Origin: Candidatus Multivoradales bacterium
GTDB taxonomy: Bacteria; Acidobacteriota; Thermoanaerobaculia; Multivoradales; JAHEKO01
Reading direction: 5' to 3'
Length of the DNA: 64,000 nucleotides
Assembly (NCBI GenBank): GCA_965212505.1
Contig: OZ243123.1
Coordinates: 4,624,313-4,688,312 of the forward strand
The notes under the pieces: model-generated
What the model was told of the DNA's origin: nothing
What the model saw: only the letters and a program-made list of their open reading frames with translations
Database searches by the model: none
Made by a program: the position numbers and the translations under genes
Shown: positions 55,035 to 64,000 of the stretch, one piece after another
Layout: each line of letters starts with the position of its first letter
Position numbering within the stretch: position 1 is the stretch's first letter

Positions 55035-56189
55035 TCAGCAGCAGTCTCCCGGTTCGCAGCAGGCCTTGGCCTCGGTGGTTGCGTCGTATTCGAGCCCTTT
55101 CGTTTCACGAGGGTGCCGAAGGACCGTGCGCGAGCAGTCGAACGGCTCGGCGGCCTCGAGCGGAACCTCCTCGAGCGGATCGACGAAGTCGAAGTGCTCG
55201 CGATAGGGCTCGCGCTTGTAGATGTTGTAGGTCTTGTCGCAGACAGCGTAGCGGTGGCCACGCTCCATGCGGTGATCGTCGTCGTCGAGGACCTCTTTGA
55301 ACGGACCGCGATAGACCACCGCCTGGTTGCGCTCGACGCAGGGCCCTTCTTTGCCCTTGAACGCCTCGACGGTGAGCGAACGGAACTCGATGCCCTCGAC
55401 GGTGCGCCACGGCTCTTCCTGCCGTTCGAGCACTCGCACGCCGTAGAAGCCGACCTCTTCGAACGCTTTCAGAAATCCGTCTTCGGTGAAGGCGCCAGAG
55501 ATACAGCCACTCCAGAGATCCGCGTCCGTCTGCATGGAGAGCGGTACATCTTCGTCGCTCACAATGTCCGAGATCACCGCGCGACCGCCGTTGTTCAGCA
55601 CTCGGTAGATCTCTTCGAAGAGCTCGCGCTTGCGCGAGTTGTCGACCAGGTTCAGCACGCAGTTCGACACCACCACGTCGACCGAGTCGTCGGCGACCAA
55701 CGGCCGGCTCCGGCGAAGCTCTTCGCTCAACCCTTCGATCTCGAGCAGGCCCTCGACGTCGGTAACCGGCGTCGAGCCGAGGCGCTCCTCGAGTAGGTCG
55801 AGGTCTAGGGCGAGGTCCTGAATCCGCCCTCGGCGAAATTCGACGTTCGAGAAGCCGATGCGCTCGGCGACCACCGGTACGTTGCGACGTGCGACATCGA
55901 GCATGTCGGGCGTCATGTCGACGCCGATCACCTTGCCCTGCGCTCCCACCACCTGGGCTGCGATGAAGCAGATCTTCCCTGTTCCGCTCCCCAGGTCGAG
56001 CACGGTCTCGCCTTCGTTCAGGAAGCGGCTCGGATCACCGCAACCGTAGTCGCGCTCGAGAACCTCGCTCGGGATCACCTCCAAGTAGCGAGGGTCGTAG
56101 TCGACCGGGCAGCAGAGCTCCGGCACCTGGGTCTGGGCGCCGGCGCTGTAGCGCTCTTTGACGGCCCGCTCTGTATTGGCAACTGTCAT
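55035..56189 (-). CDS. arsM: Arsenite S-adenosylmethionine methyltransferase ArsM with Cys-rich C-terminal tail
   Basis: VKERYSAGAQ..CCPVDYD (N-terminal Cys pair), GCGDP, VLDLGSGTG, GVDMTPDMLDVAR, VVVSNCVLNL, and WSGCISGA (third As-binding Cys) match the characterized ArsM pattern. C-terminus ends KACCEPGDCC. Confidence 0.85.
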   Translation of the reverse strand: MTVANTERAVKERYSAGAQTQVPELCCPVDYDPRYLEVIPSEVLERDYGCGDPSRFLNEGETVLDLGSGTGKICFIAAQVVGAQGKVIGVDMTPDMLDVARRNVPVVAERIGFSNVEFRRGRIQDLALDLDLLEERLGSTPVTDVEGLLEIEGLSEELRRSRPLVADDSVDVVVSNCVLNLVDNSRKRELFEEIYRVLNNGGRAVISDIVSDEDVPLSMQTDADLWSGCISGAFTEDGFLKAFEEVGFYGVRVLERQEEPWRTVEGIEFRSLTVEAFKGKEGPCVERNQAVVYRGPFKEVLDDDDHRMERGHRYAVCDKTYNIYKREPYREHFDFVDPLEEVPLEAAEPFDCSRTVLRHPRETKGLEYDATTEAKACCEPGDCC

Positions 56190-56306
56190 CTAGATTCCAC
56201 TCCAGTCTCTGGCGGAGCCCTCTCCGCCGTTCAAGAAGTCGTCTCGCATCGATGCGCGAGGGGGCGACCGGCTTGGCGGTCGCGCGTCGTTGGGTCTCGG
56301 TCGGCT

Positions 56307-57038
56307 CTAGGCCGGCGGACCGCGAAGCGATCGAGTCGGTCGATAGCCAGTTGCGGTGACGCCCACGAGAGCGGGTGCCAGGGGGGTACAGAGGGCGAGG
56401 AGCGCGGCGCGCAACTCTCGCAAGAGCCCCTGCCAGCGCGGTGCCTGTTCTCGAGCGATCCAGGCGAGAAGATCTCGAGCGCGATCGAGATCACGCAATG
56501 GCTCGAGAAGGTAGACCTCGAGGCCGCGCTCTTCGAGCGCCCTGCGAAGGGTGGCGAGCGTAGCGTGGCAACACCAGTGAACGCTCGCTAGCTCAGCATC
56601 GAGGCAGATGTTGGTTGCGAGCAGGTAGAAGCCGCCGTCGGGAGACGGTCCGAGTACGACGCGCCGGCGTGAAGACCCGAGCCGGCCGAGCGCTTCCCGC
56701 ACGTGGCGAGACTCAAGCCCCGGCACGTCGGAGCCCACCGCCACGACCGGTCCGTCCGCTTCCAGGCGTGCTGCCGAAAGAGCGTTTCGGAATCTCTCGC
56801 CGAACGAGGCGCCCGTCTGGCGAATCATGTGAGCCCCGGGCTCGGTCAGCTGCGGCTCGGTCGTAGCAACCTGAAGCCGGCAACCGGAAGTTCGCCCGGC
56901 GGTCAAAGCCGCGTCGAGGCTCTCCCGCAGAACGCTTCGTGTCAGCCCGTCGAATCGTCTCGGCAGGAGCCGCCGCTGCGCACACTCACTCGCGGGAGTT
57001 CGGGCAAAGACGAGCAGACTCGGCTGGTGGGCTGTCAT
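56307..57038 (-). CDS. DUF2064 (TIGR04282-type, glycosyltransferase-like nucleotidyltransferase fold) protein associated with arsenosugar clusters
   Basis: LLVFARTP N-terminus and DGGFYLLA motif typical of DUF2064. Located upstream of arsM on the same strand. Confidence 0.6.
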   Translation of the reverse strand: MTAHQPSLLVFARTPASECAQRRLLPRRFDGLTRSVLRESLDAALTAGRTSGCRLQVATTEPQLTEPGAHMIRQTGASFGERFRNALSAARLEADGPVVAVGSDVPGLESRHVREALGRLGSSRRRVVLGPSPDGGFYLLATNICLDAELASVHWCCHATLATLRRALEERGLEVYLLEPLRDLDRARDLLAWIAREQAPRWQGLLRELRAALLALCTPLAPALVGVTATGYRPTRSLRGPPA

Positions 57039-57128
57039 CTAGAAGGTGGGTACGAAGCGAGGGCGTTTGCGGATCGCTTCGGATGCGGCAGTCTATCTTG
57101 GCTCTCCGTTCGCTATGATCTCCCGGCT

Positions 57129-57548
57129 TTGGCCAGATACCTCGCGATCTCGCTGCCGCTCCTGGTACTCCTGATGGGCGGATTCACCTTCGTACTCGGC
57201 GCCGTCGGATTGAGCCCCTCTCTCGCCTCGTTGGAGCGAGCGGGTCTGGCGCGGCCCGAGGCGCTGCCGATCGGCCTCTCCGTTGCGGGTTGGCTGATCG
57301 AGACGCTCGCCCTGACGGCGCTCTTTCTCTTGATTCAAGATCGCACCGGCGCCTGGTGGATCGACGGCCTGGTCGCGGGCATGATCGGATGGGTCTTCCG
57401 CGGTCCGATCCTGGTGTTGACGATCGTTTCGACCAGTCGTCTCGGCGTCGACCCCTGGTGGCCGATGGCCCTGCGGCTCCTGCTGCTCTACTCGATCTGT
57501 GGCCTCGCCCTCGCGATGATCGCCCGATCGGTTGGGCTCGAGCGATGA
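57129..57548 (+). CDS. Small multi-TM membrane protein, hypothetical (TTG start; ATGA-coupled to the type III PKS)
   Basis: Four predicted TM helices. The stop overlaps the PKS start. No ATG in frame; TTG proposed. Confidence 0.4.
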   Translation: MARYLAISLPLLVLLMGGFTFVLGAVGLSPSLASLERAGLARPEALPIGLSVAGWLIETLALTALFLLIQDRTGAWWIDGLVAGMIGWVFRGPILVLTIVSTSRLGVDPWWPMALRLLLLYSICGLALAMIARSVGLER

Positions 57549-58627
57549 GCGGCGCACCACGAGTGGTCGCGGTCGGCAGTGCGTTTCCAGAGCACTACTA
57601 CGAGCAGGAAGAGCTCCTGGCGGCCTTCCGCCGCGTCTGGGCGCCGAAGATCTTCAACCTTGCACGACTCGAACGACTCCACCGTAACGTATTGGTCGGG
57701 AATCGCCATCTGGCACTGCCGCTCGAGAAGTACGAAGAGCTCGAGACGTGGGGCCAGGCGAACGACGCTTGGATCGAGGTGGCGCAGGACGTCGGCGCGC
57801 GCGCTGTCTCCGACGCCCTCGAGCGCGCCGGTCTGTCGGTCGAGGACCCTGCGGCGATCTTCTTCGTGACGGTCACCGGTGTCGCCACGCCGTCGATCGA
57901 TGCTCGGTTGATCAACCGACTCGGTCTCTCGTCGAGCATCAAGCGCAACCCGATCTTTGGTCTCGGCTGTGTGGCGGGAGCCGCCGGCATCGCCCGCGCG
58001 TCGGACTACGTGCGTGCCTTCCCCGATCAGGTCGCTGTACTGCTCTCGGTCGAGCTCTGCTCCTTGACCCTCCAGCAGAAGGACTTCTCGGTGGCCAACC
58101 TGATCTCCTCCGGACTCTTCGGAGACGGTGCGGCCGCAGCGGTTGTTGCCGGGGCCGAGTGCCCGTTGAACGACGCCCCTAGGGGGCCTCGAGTGGTCGC
58201 GACTCGCTCGATCTTCTACCCCGACTCCGAGCGGGTGATGGGCTGGGACATCTCGGAGAGCGGCTTCCAAGTTGTGCTCTCACCAGAGGTCCCTGAAGTC
58301 GTGCGACAGTTTCTTCGGCGCGACGTCGATGCGTTTCTCGGCGATCTCGACTTGGAGGTTGGCGACATCAACTCGTGGGTTGCCCACCCCGGCGGTCCGA
58401 AGGTCCTTCAGGCGATGGAAGAGTCGCTCGAGATCGAGGGCGGCGAGAAGGGGGCACTCGGCGTCACCTGGCGGAGCCTCAAAGAGGTCGGCAACCTCTC
58501 CTCCACCTCCGTGCTGCTAGTGCTCCAAGAGACGATGGCCGAGCACCGCCCCGAGCCTGGGAGCCTAGGAATGCTCCTCGCCCTCGGTCCGGGTTTCTGT
58601 TCGGAACTTGTGCTCCTCGAGTGGTAG
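57545..58627 (+). CDS. Type III polyketide synthase (chalcone/stilbene synthase superfamily)
   Basis: Catalytic Cys in GLGCVAGAAG, His in WVAHPGGPKVL, and Asn in GNLSSTSV. About 361 aa. Confidence 0.85.
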   Translation: MSGAPRVVAVGSAFPEHYYEQEELLAAFRRVWAPKIFNLARLERLHRNVLVGNRHLALPLEKYEELETWGQANDAWIEVAQDVGARAVSDALERAGLSVEDPAAIFFVTVTGVATPSIDARLINRLGLSSSIKRNPIFGLGCVAGAAGIARASDYVRAFPDQVAVLLSVELCSLTLQQKDFSVANLISSGLFGDGAAAAVVAGAECPLNDAPRGPRVVATRSIFYPDSERVMGWDISESGFQVVLSPEVPEVVRQFLRRDVDAFLGDLDLEVGDINSWVAHPGGPKVLQAMEESLEIEGGEKGALGVTWRSLKEVGNLSSTSVLLVLQETMAEHRPEPGSLGMLLALGPGFCSELVLLEW

Positions 58628-59101
58628 CTACGGCGTCGCGTCGAGGAGCGAGCACCAGAAGGTCACGGCGGTGAGCTTCTTGTTGCCCTTGAGGTTCAGC
58701 TCGGCGACCAGCGCCACCTGCTGGGCGAAGCCCGCTCGACGCGGGATCGGATAGTCGAAGGTCACGATGCCGTTCTTGTTGGTCTTGGCGGTCTGATCTT
58801 CGAACACTTCGATCTCCGCGTAGGTGTTGGCGTCGACCAGTCGCGCCGAGACGGTCCCCTTCACGCCTTTGCGCGGCTCGCTGCTCACAAGGGCGTCGAT
58901 TGCACAGGTGGCGGACAGCTCGTCCTCGAGGATGCCGCCAACCACGACAGGGCCAGGTTCCTCGACGTCCTTGGCCTTGGTCTCCTGGTCGTGGGTGACC
59001 GTCGACGCGGCGTTGTTCGTTCCGGTATCGGCGCCCAGAGGAGAGAGGGCGAAGAGGAAGAACACGAGCGCGAAAGCGAGCCTGCACGAGAGCTTCGTCA
59101 T
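58628..59101 (-). CDS. Small secreted hypothetical protein
   Basis: Signal peptide (MTKLSCRLAFALVFFLFALSPLGA). Paralogous to the next gene. Confidence 0.5.
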   Translation of the reverse strand: MTKLSCRLAFALVFFLFALSPLGADTGTNNAASTVTHDQETKAKDVEEPGPVVVGGILEDELSATCAIDALVSSEPRKGVKGTVSARLVDANTYAEIEVFEDQTAKTNKNGIVTFDYPIPRRAGFAQQVALVAELNLKGNKKLTAVTFWCSLLDATP

Positions 59102-59112
59102 TCGTCGTCCTC

Positions 59113-59616
59113 CTAGCTGCAGGCCGGGTCGCTCGACCCGTTGCAGAGATCGCCAAAGCCGTAGATACAGCGCAAGCGAATCTCGTCGGTTTTCTTCTTG
59201 TTGACGGGGTCGGCGGTCGCGGTGAGCACCGAGTTCGCGGGAGCGGCGCCGAGAAGTGGCGGCACCACGATCGGCTTCGTCCATCCGTCTTTCTTCGTGC
59301 GCTTGGTTTCCGTGGTGTCACTCAAGAGATTGCGCTCCGCATCGTGAATACGGAAGCGCACGTCCGACTTGACTCCTTTGAGAGCGCCGAACACCGCGCA
59401 GCGGATCTCCTTGGCCTGGCCGCTGGAGGCCGAGAGTGGTATCAGCACGGTCAGCACACCGCTCGAGAAGGTGTTGGCGGCCGCCTCGGCGTCTTTGGTC
59501 TGTGCGGCCTCGGCCTCGCTGAAGCGACGGACCTCGGCGGCACCGGCTGAGTCAACCGGGGCGAACGAGCACAGCACGACCGCGACGAGCGAGAGGATGG
59601 TGCACCTGCGAGTCAT
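59113..59616 (-). CDS. Small secreted hypothetical protein (paralog)
   Basis: Signal peptide. Shares the C..F.AL.KGVK...R..DA...........T.KT.K.G pattern with the neighbouring gene. Confidence 0.5.
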   Translation of the reverse strand: MTRRCTILSLVAVVLCSFAPVDSAGAAEVRRFSEAEAAQTKDAEAAANTFSSGVLTVLIPLSASSGQAKEIRCAVFGALKGVKSDVRFRIHDAERNLLSDTTETKRTKKDGWTKPIVVPPLLGAAPANSVLTATADPVNKKKTDEIRLRCIYGFGDLCNGSSDPACS

Positions 59617-59685
59617 CGTTCCTCCTTTCCTCTCGGGTGAGCGCATACAGCCTACAGCACGCCTCTCCGGCGGATGAAAGGAGCC

Positions 59686-60522
<837 letters not shown>

Positions 60523-60747
60523 GGTGATCGAACCTATCGCGGATCTTGAGGACCGACAATTGTAGCTTCCGCTTGGCGAAGCGGGATCGTGGATCGGGGG
60601 ACCGTCTGTGCCGTGAAGCGCCAACATCGCGGATGCCGCTGCATTCCCGGTGGATAGAATCGAATGTACTCCTACAACTTGCAGCGACTCGTCCCTCGAC
60701 TGCCGGTTGTGGTCTAGAAACCCGCTTGTGAGGGGTGGAGGTGTTAG

Positions 60748-61872
60748 ATGCCAAGACGAGCAGCACTCATGGCGGCGCAGACGATTCTGATTCTCTGGGC
60801 ACATCAGGCATTGGCGACTGCCCCGCTCCCGGTGACGCCAAAAGCCGAAGCTGGTGGGGGTGTCGCCACGATGTTTACGCCCTGCCCGACGTTCCATTGG
60901 GTAGAGAGCCCTGAAGCCCGTCGATACGAGCTGGTCGTCTTCGACGCGGAGGCGTCCGAGCTCTATCGGGTCGAGCTCCCCGCGGGCGCCCAGATGTGGA
61001 CTCCGACAATCGACCGTTGTTTTGAGCCTGGTCTTCAGTACGCCTGGGCTTTGCGCGCCGTCGTAGACGAGTCGACTGAGCTCTGGTCCGATGTTGTGCT
61101 CTTTCGGGTCACGCGCCCAGGCGCTTTGACGAGAGGCCGGCGATCCGACAATGAAGAGCTTCCCATCTCGCCGGCTCCCAGTGAGTCGAGCGGCACTCAG
61201 TCGCCGCCGCCGAGTTCACCGCTGCCGACCGAAGGCCCTGGTCTCCTCGCCCCAGAGCGTCAGCGAGTCGTGTCGGGCGAGCAAACGAAGACGGCCGGTA
61301 TCTCGATCAGCTCTGCGATCAGCGTCGACGACAACCTCCACGCGACAACCGGTGACACGCCGACGCTCCGCCTGGAGCAAGACGGCTCTGGCAGCTTCAC
61401 TCCACAGACTTGGGACATCCGAGCGAACGAGACAGACTTCCGCATCGTAGATGTCGACGCCGACGAGACGCGCTTCAGGATCGATCGATCGAGCGGGCTG
61501 GTAAGCGGCGCCTTCGCAATCGCCTCCGATTGGATCACGCCAAGCACCTATACCGGTTCCGATGTCTTTGGGGTCCTCAATTTTCGAGCGGTTATCTCCG
61601 CCCCGGAGATCACCCAGGAGGTGATCGATTCGGGCGCAGTTGTCGTCTATGGGAATCTGCTGTCCTATGCGGTGGGTTTCTGGCCGCCAGGAGAGGTCGC
61701 CCAGTTGCCGATCACGACGGTTTATGTCGCGGGCGACATTTTCTACGAGGACCGATGGTCGTACCGCTTGAACCCGGGTTCGCTGGAGATTCACGTCACG
61801 AATAACGAGGATCTCTACTCGACGTTCCCTTCGGGGGCAGAGTTTCGGTACGTGGTGATACCGCCCCCTTAG
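60748..61872 (+). CDS. Secreted hypothetical protein
   Basis: Signal peptide (LILWAHQALATAP); protein-like composition. No recognisable domain. Confidence 0.5.
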   Translation: MPRRAALMAAQTILILWAHQALATAPLPVTPKAEAGGGVATMFTPCPTFHWVESPEARRYELVVFDAEASELYRVELPAGAQMWTPTIDRCFEPGLQYAWALRAVVDESTELWSDVVLFRVTRPGALTRGRRSDNEELPISPAPSESSGTQSPPPSSPLPTEGPGLLAPERQRVVSGEQTKTAGISISSAISVDDNLHATTGDTPTLRLEQDGSGSFTPQTWDIRANETDFRIVDVDADETRFRIDRSSGLVSGAFAIASDWITPSTYTGSDVFGVLNFRAVISAPEITQEVIDSGAVVVYGNLLSYAVGFWPPGEVAQLPITTVYVAGDIFYEDRWSYRLNPGSLEIHVTNNEDLYSTFPSGAEFRYVVIPPP

Positions 61873-62069
61873 CGGCCACGTGACGCCGCGTCCGACTTGG
61901 CCGGAGTGGAACGGCGTGCGAGCCCGAGATCAGGTGGCCCGAGGCCTGCGGTCCGAGCTTCAAGATGACGAGAAGTCGCAGGAGACAGGGTCAGCGGCTG
62001 AGGAGGGCGAAACGTCTCGAGCGCCGAGGTCGCGCGCGAGTGCGAGAAGCCGCGACATAATCACCCGCG

Positions 62070-62648
62070 GTGCTGGACATCCTCGCTCTCGATAGCCGAA
62101 CCCTTTACCTGCTCCTGATCGTCGCGATTGTTCTCGAGCGGCTGGTGGAGCTGCGCATCACCCAACGGAACCTCGCCTGGGCGATGCAGAACGGCGGCAT
62201 CGAAGCGGGGCGCGGGCACTACCCGGTGATGGTCGCGCTGCACACGGCGTTCTTGATTGCCGGGCCGGCCGAAGTCCTCTTGCTCGACAGACCGTTCATC
62301 GCGGGGCTCGGCTTCCCGATGCTGGCGGTCGTCCTTCTCGGCATGGGGCTCCGCTACTGGGCGGTCACGACGCTCGGCAAGCGATGGACGACACGGGTGG
62401 TGTGCGTGCCGGGCCTGCCGGTCGTCACGGGTGGGCCGTATCGATTCGTGCGCCACCCAAACTACGTGGCGGTGGTGCTCGAGATCTTCGCGCTGCCGCT
62501 CGTCCACTCAGCGTGGCTGACGGCGCTGGTGTTCACGGTTGCGAACCTCTTCCTGCTGCGCACTCGTATTCGGGTCGAGGAAGAGGCGCTCGAGGAGTTC
62601 AACGACTACCGAGAAGGTTTTCGCGCGGCGCGGGCGAGTTCGACATGA
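62070..62648 (+). CDS. Isoprenylcysteine carboxyl methyltransferase (ICMT) family membrane methyltransferase
   Basis: Multi-TM with the C-terminal GPYRFVRHPNY...E motif characteristic of ICMT/PEMT-fold methyltransferases. Confidence 0.8.
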   Translation: MLDILALDSRTLYLLLIVAIVLERLVELRITQRNLAWAMQNGGIEAGRGHYPVMVALHTAFLIAGPAEVLLLDRPFIAGLGFPMLAVVLLGMGLRYWAVTTLGKRWTTRVVCVPGLPVVTGGPYRFVRHPNYVAVVLEIFALPLVHSAWLTALVFTVANLFLLRTRIRVEEEALEEFNDYREGFRAARASST

Positions 62649-62884
62649 CGGCCGAAGAGATCCTGAGCGAGATTCGACAGCTCGCGCGCGAACGGTTGGC
62701 GTTGGAGATGACGGTCGAGCCGGCGAGTCGGCTGGTCGAAGATCTGGGGCTCGATTCGCTGCGACTCCAGGCGCTCGCGATCGAGGTCGAGAATCACTTT
62801 CGGATCTGCCTCGAGCCCGAGGACGAAGAGTCGATCCGCACCATCGGCGATCTCGTCTCGACGATCGACGGGAAGTTGGCGTGA
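62644..62884 (+). CDS. Acyl carrier protein
   Basis: About 80 aa with the phosphopantetheine attachment motif LGLDSL. Overlaps the ICMT stop and the FAAL start. Confidence 0.75.
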
Positions 62885-64000
62885 CGGCGGAGCCATCGCT
62901 CGTGGCGCGAGTCGCCGGCACCTTGAGCGAGTCCCTGGCGCGAGCGGCGCTCGATCCCGCGACCGGCGTACGACTCGTCGATCGCCGGGAGGCCGAGACC
63001 TGGCTGCCGTGGTCCGAAGTGCTGTCGACTGCGGAGCGGGTTGCGGGAGGGCTGCAGGCGTCCGGCGTCGAGCCCGGAGACCGAGTCGGTCTGATCTTCG
63101 GTACCGGTCGTGAGCTGATCGAAGCCTACTTCGGCGCCTCGCTCGCCGGAGCCATCCCGGCCAGCCTCGCGCCGCCACCGCGACTCGGCGGCCTCGAGGG
63201 TTACGTCGAGCGGGTGAGGGCGATGTTGAGCGCCGCCGACGCGAAGCTGGTTCTCGCCGAAGACCGATCGAAGCGCCGCCTCGGAGACGCGGTCGATCCG
63301 ACTCCGATGCGAACACTTGCGGAGCTCCCGGAAGGAAAACGAGTCGATCTGCCGCCCGTGAGTCCAGGCGACGTGGCGATGATTCAGTTCTCTTCGGGAA
63401 CCGAGCTCAAACCCAAGCCGGCGGCGCTTTCGCATCGAGCGATTCTCGGACAGGCGAGGCTCTTGAACGGCTACTGGCCGGAGACCGGCGTCACGCACCG
63501 CGGCTGCTCTTGGCTGCCGCTCTACCACGACATGGGGTTGATCGGCTGCCTGTTGGTGGCTCTCGAGCGGCCGGGGGAGTTGGTACTCCTGCCGCCCGAG
63601 GTGTTCGCGGCGCGACCGGCGATCTGGCTGCGAACGATCTCGCGTTACCAGGCAACCATCTCACCCGCCACGAACTTCGCCTATGCCCACTGTCTCGACT
63701 CCATTCGCGACGACGAGCTAGAAGGGGTCGATCTGTCGAGCTGGAGCGTGGCGCTCAACGGCGCCGAGCCGATCAGCGCCGACGTCATGCGCCGCTTCGC
63801 TGAGCGCTTCGCCCGATGGGGCTTCCCCGCCGAAGCGTTGACACCGGTTTACGGCCTCGCGGAGGCGTCGTTGGCGGTGACGTTTTCGGAGGTCGACTCG
63901 CCCTTCTCGAGTCGCCGCTTCGATCGCGAGCGACTCGCCGAGGGCTGTCGCGTGAAGGAAGACTCGGACGGGCGGGAGCTGGTTTCGGTCGGCTCGCCGG
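62881..64000 (+). CDS. Fatty acyl-AMP ligase / AMP-dependent synthetase (continues beyond window end)
   Basis: Manual translation from the GTG at 62881 gives an AMP-binding enzyme. The motif IQFSSGTELKPKPAALSH resembles the T[SG]-S[G]-G-[ST]-[TE]-G-x-[PALIVM]-K signature and is followed by YGLAEAS. No stop before 64000, so it is absent from the ORF track. Confidence 0.75.
   Translation, partial: MTAEPSLVARVAGTLSESLARAALDPATGVRLVDRREAETWLPWSEVLSTAERVAGGLQASGVEPGDRVGLIFGTGRELIEAYFGASLAGAIPASLAPPPRLGGLEGYVERVRAMLSAADAKLVLAEDRSKRRLGDAVDPTPMRTLAELPEGKRVDLPPVSPGDVAMIQFSSGTELKPKPAALSHRAILGQARLLNGYWPETGVTHRGCSWLPLYHDMGLIGCLLVALERPGELVLLPPEVFAARPAIWLRTISRYQATISPATNFAYAHCLDSIRDDELEGVDLSSWSVALNGAEPISADVMRRFAERFARWGFPAEALTPVYGLAEASLAVTFSEVDSPFSSRRFDRERLAEGCRVKEDSDGRELVSVGSP

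Overview
This is a high-GC (~68-70%) bacterial chromosomal window centred on the origin-of-replication neighbourhood. Nearly all the classic ori-proximal genes sit in one block: cutA', a pseudopilin and comEA, two tandem lepB genes, pyrD-pyrF, then rsmG(gidB)-parA-parB followed directly by a bactofilin, a parS-like motif cluster, jag-yidC-yidD-rnpA-rpmH, two tRNA-Ser genes flanking tRNA-derived tandem repeats, tadA, an SRP RNA (ffs) just upstream of dnaX-ybaB-recR, mutY, dnaA, and dnaN-recF-gyrB-gyrA. An antisense Ser/Thr-kinase/beta-propeller gene is wedged between dnaA and dnaN, leaving a 450-bp DnaA-box-rich, AT-richer stretch in front of dnaN as the best oriC candidate. Downstream is an accessory region: two tandem Pmp-like beta-helix surface proteins, a TPR lipoprotein, an FG-GAP lipoprotein, and a BNR-repeat protein. 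Beyond that lies the most interesting part of the window, two adjacent biosynthetic clusters. One is an organoarsenical cluster: ArsM arsenite methyltransferase, ArsS-like radical SAM, a DUF2064 glycosyltransferase-like protein, a metallophosphoesterase and an FAD-dependent oxidoreductase. The radical SAM gene has no canonical start codon for about 50 codons and overlaps the arsM 3' end. The other is a phenolic-lipid-type cluster: a small membrane protein, a type III PKS, an ICMT-like methyltransferase, an ACP, and a fatty acyl-AMP ligase that runs off the window end. A combined arsenolipid pathway is a testable hypothesis. Many arginine-rich overlapping ORFs in the six-frame track are high-GC artefacts and were rejected. 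Coordinates from my own counting may be off by 1-2 bp relative to the ORF track.
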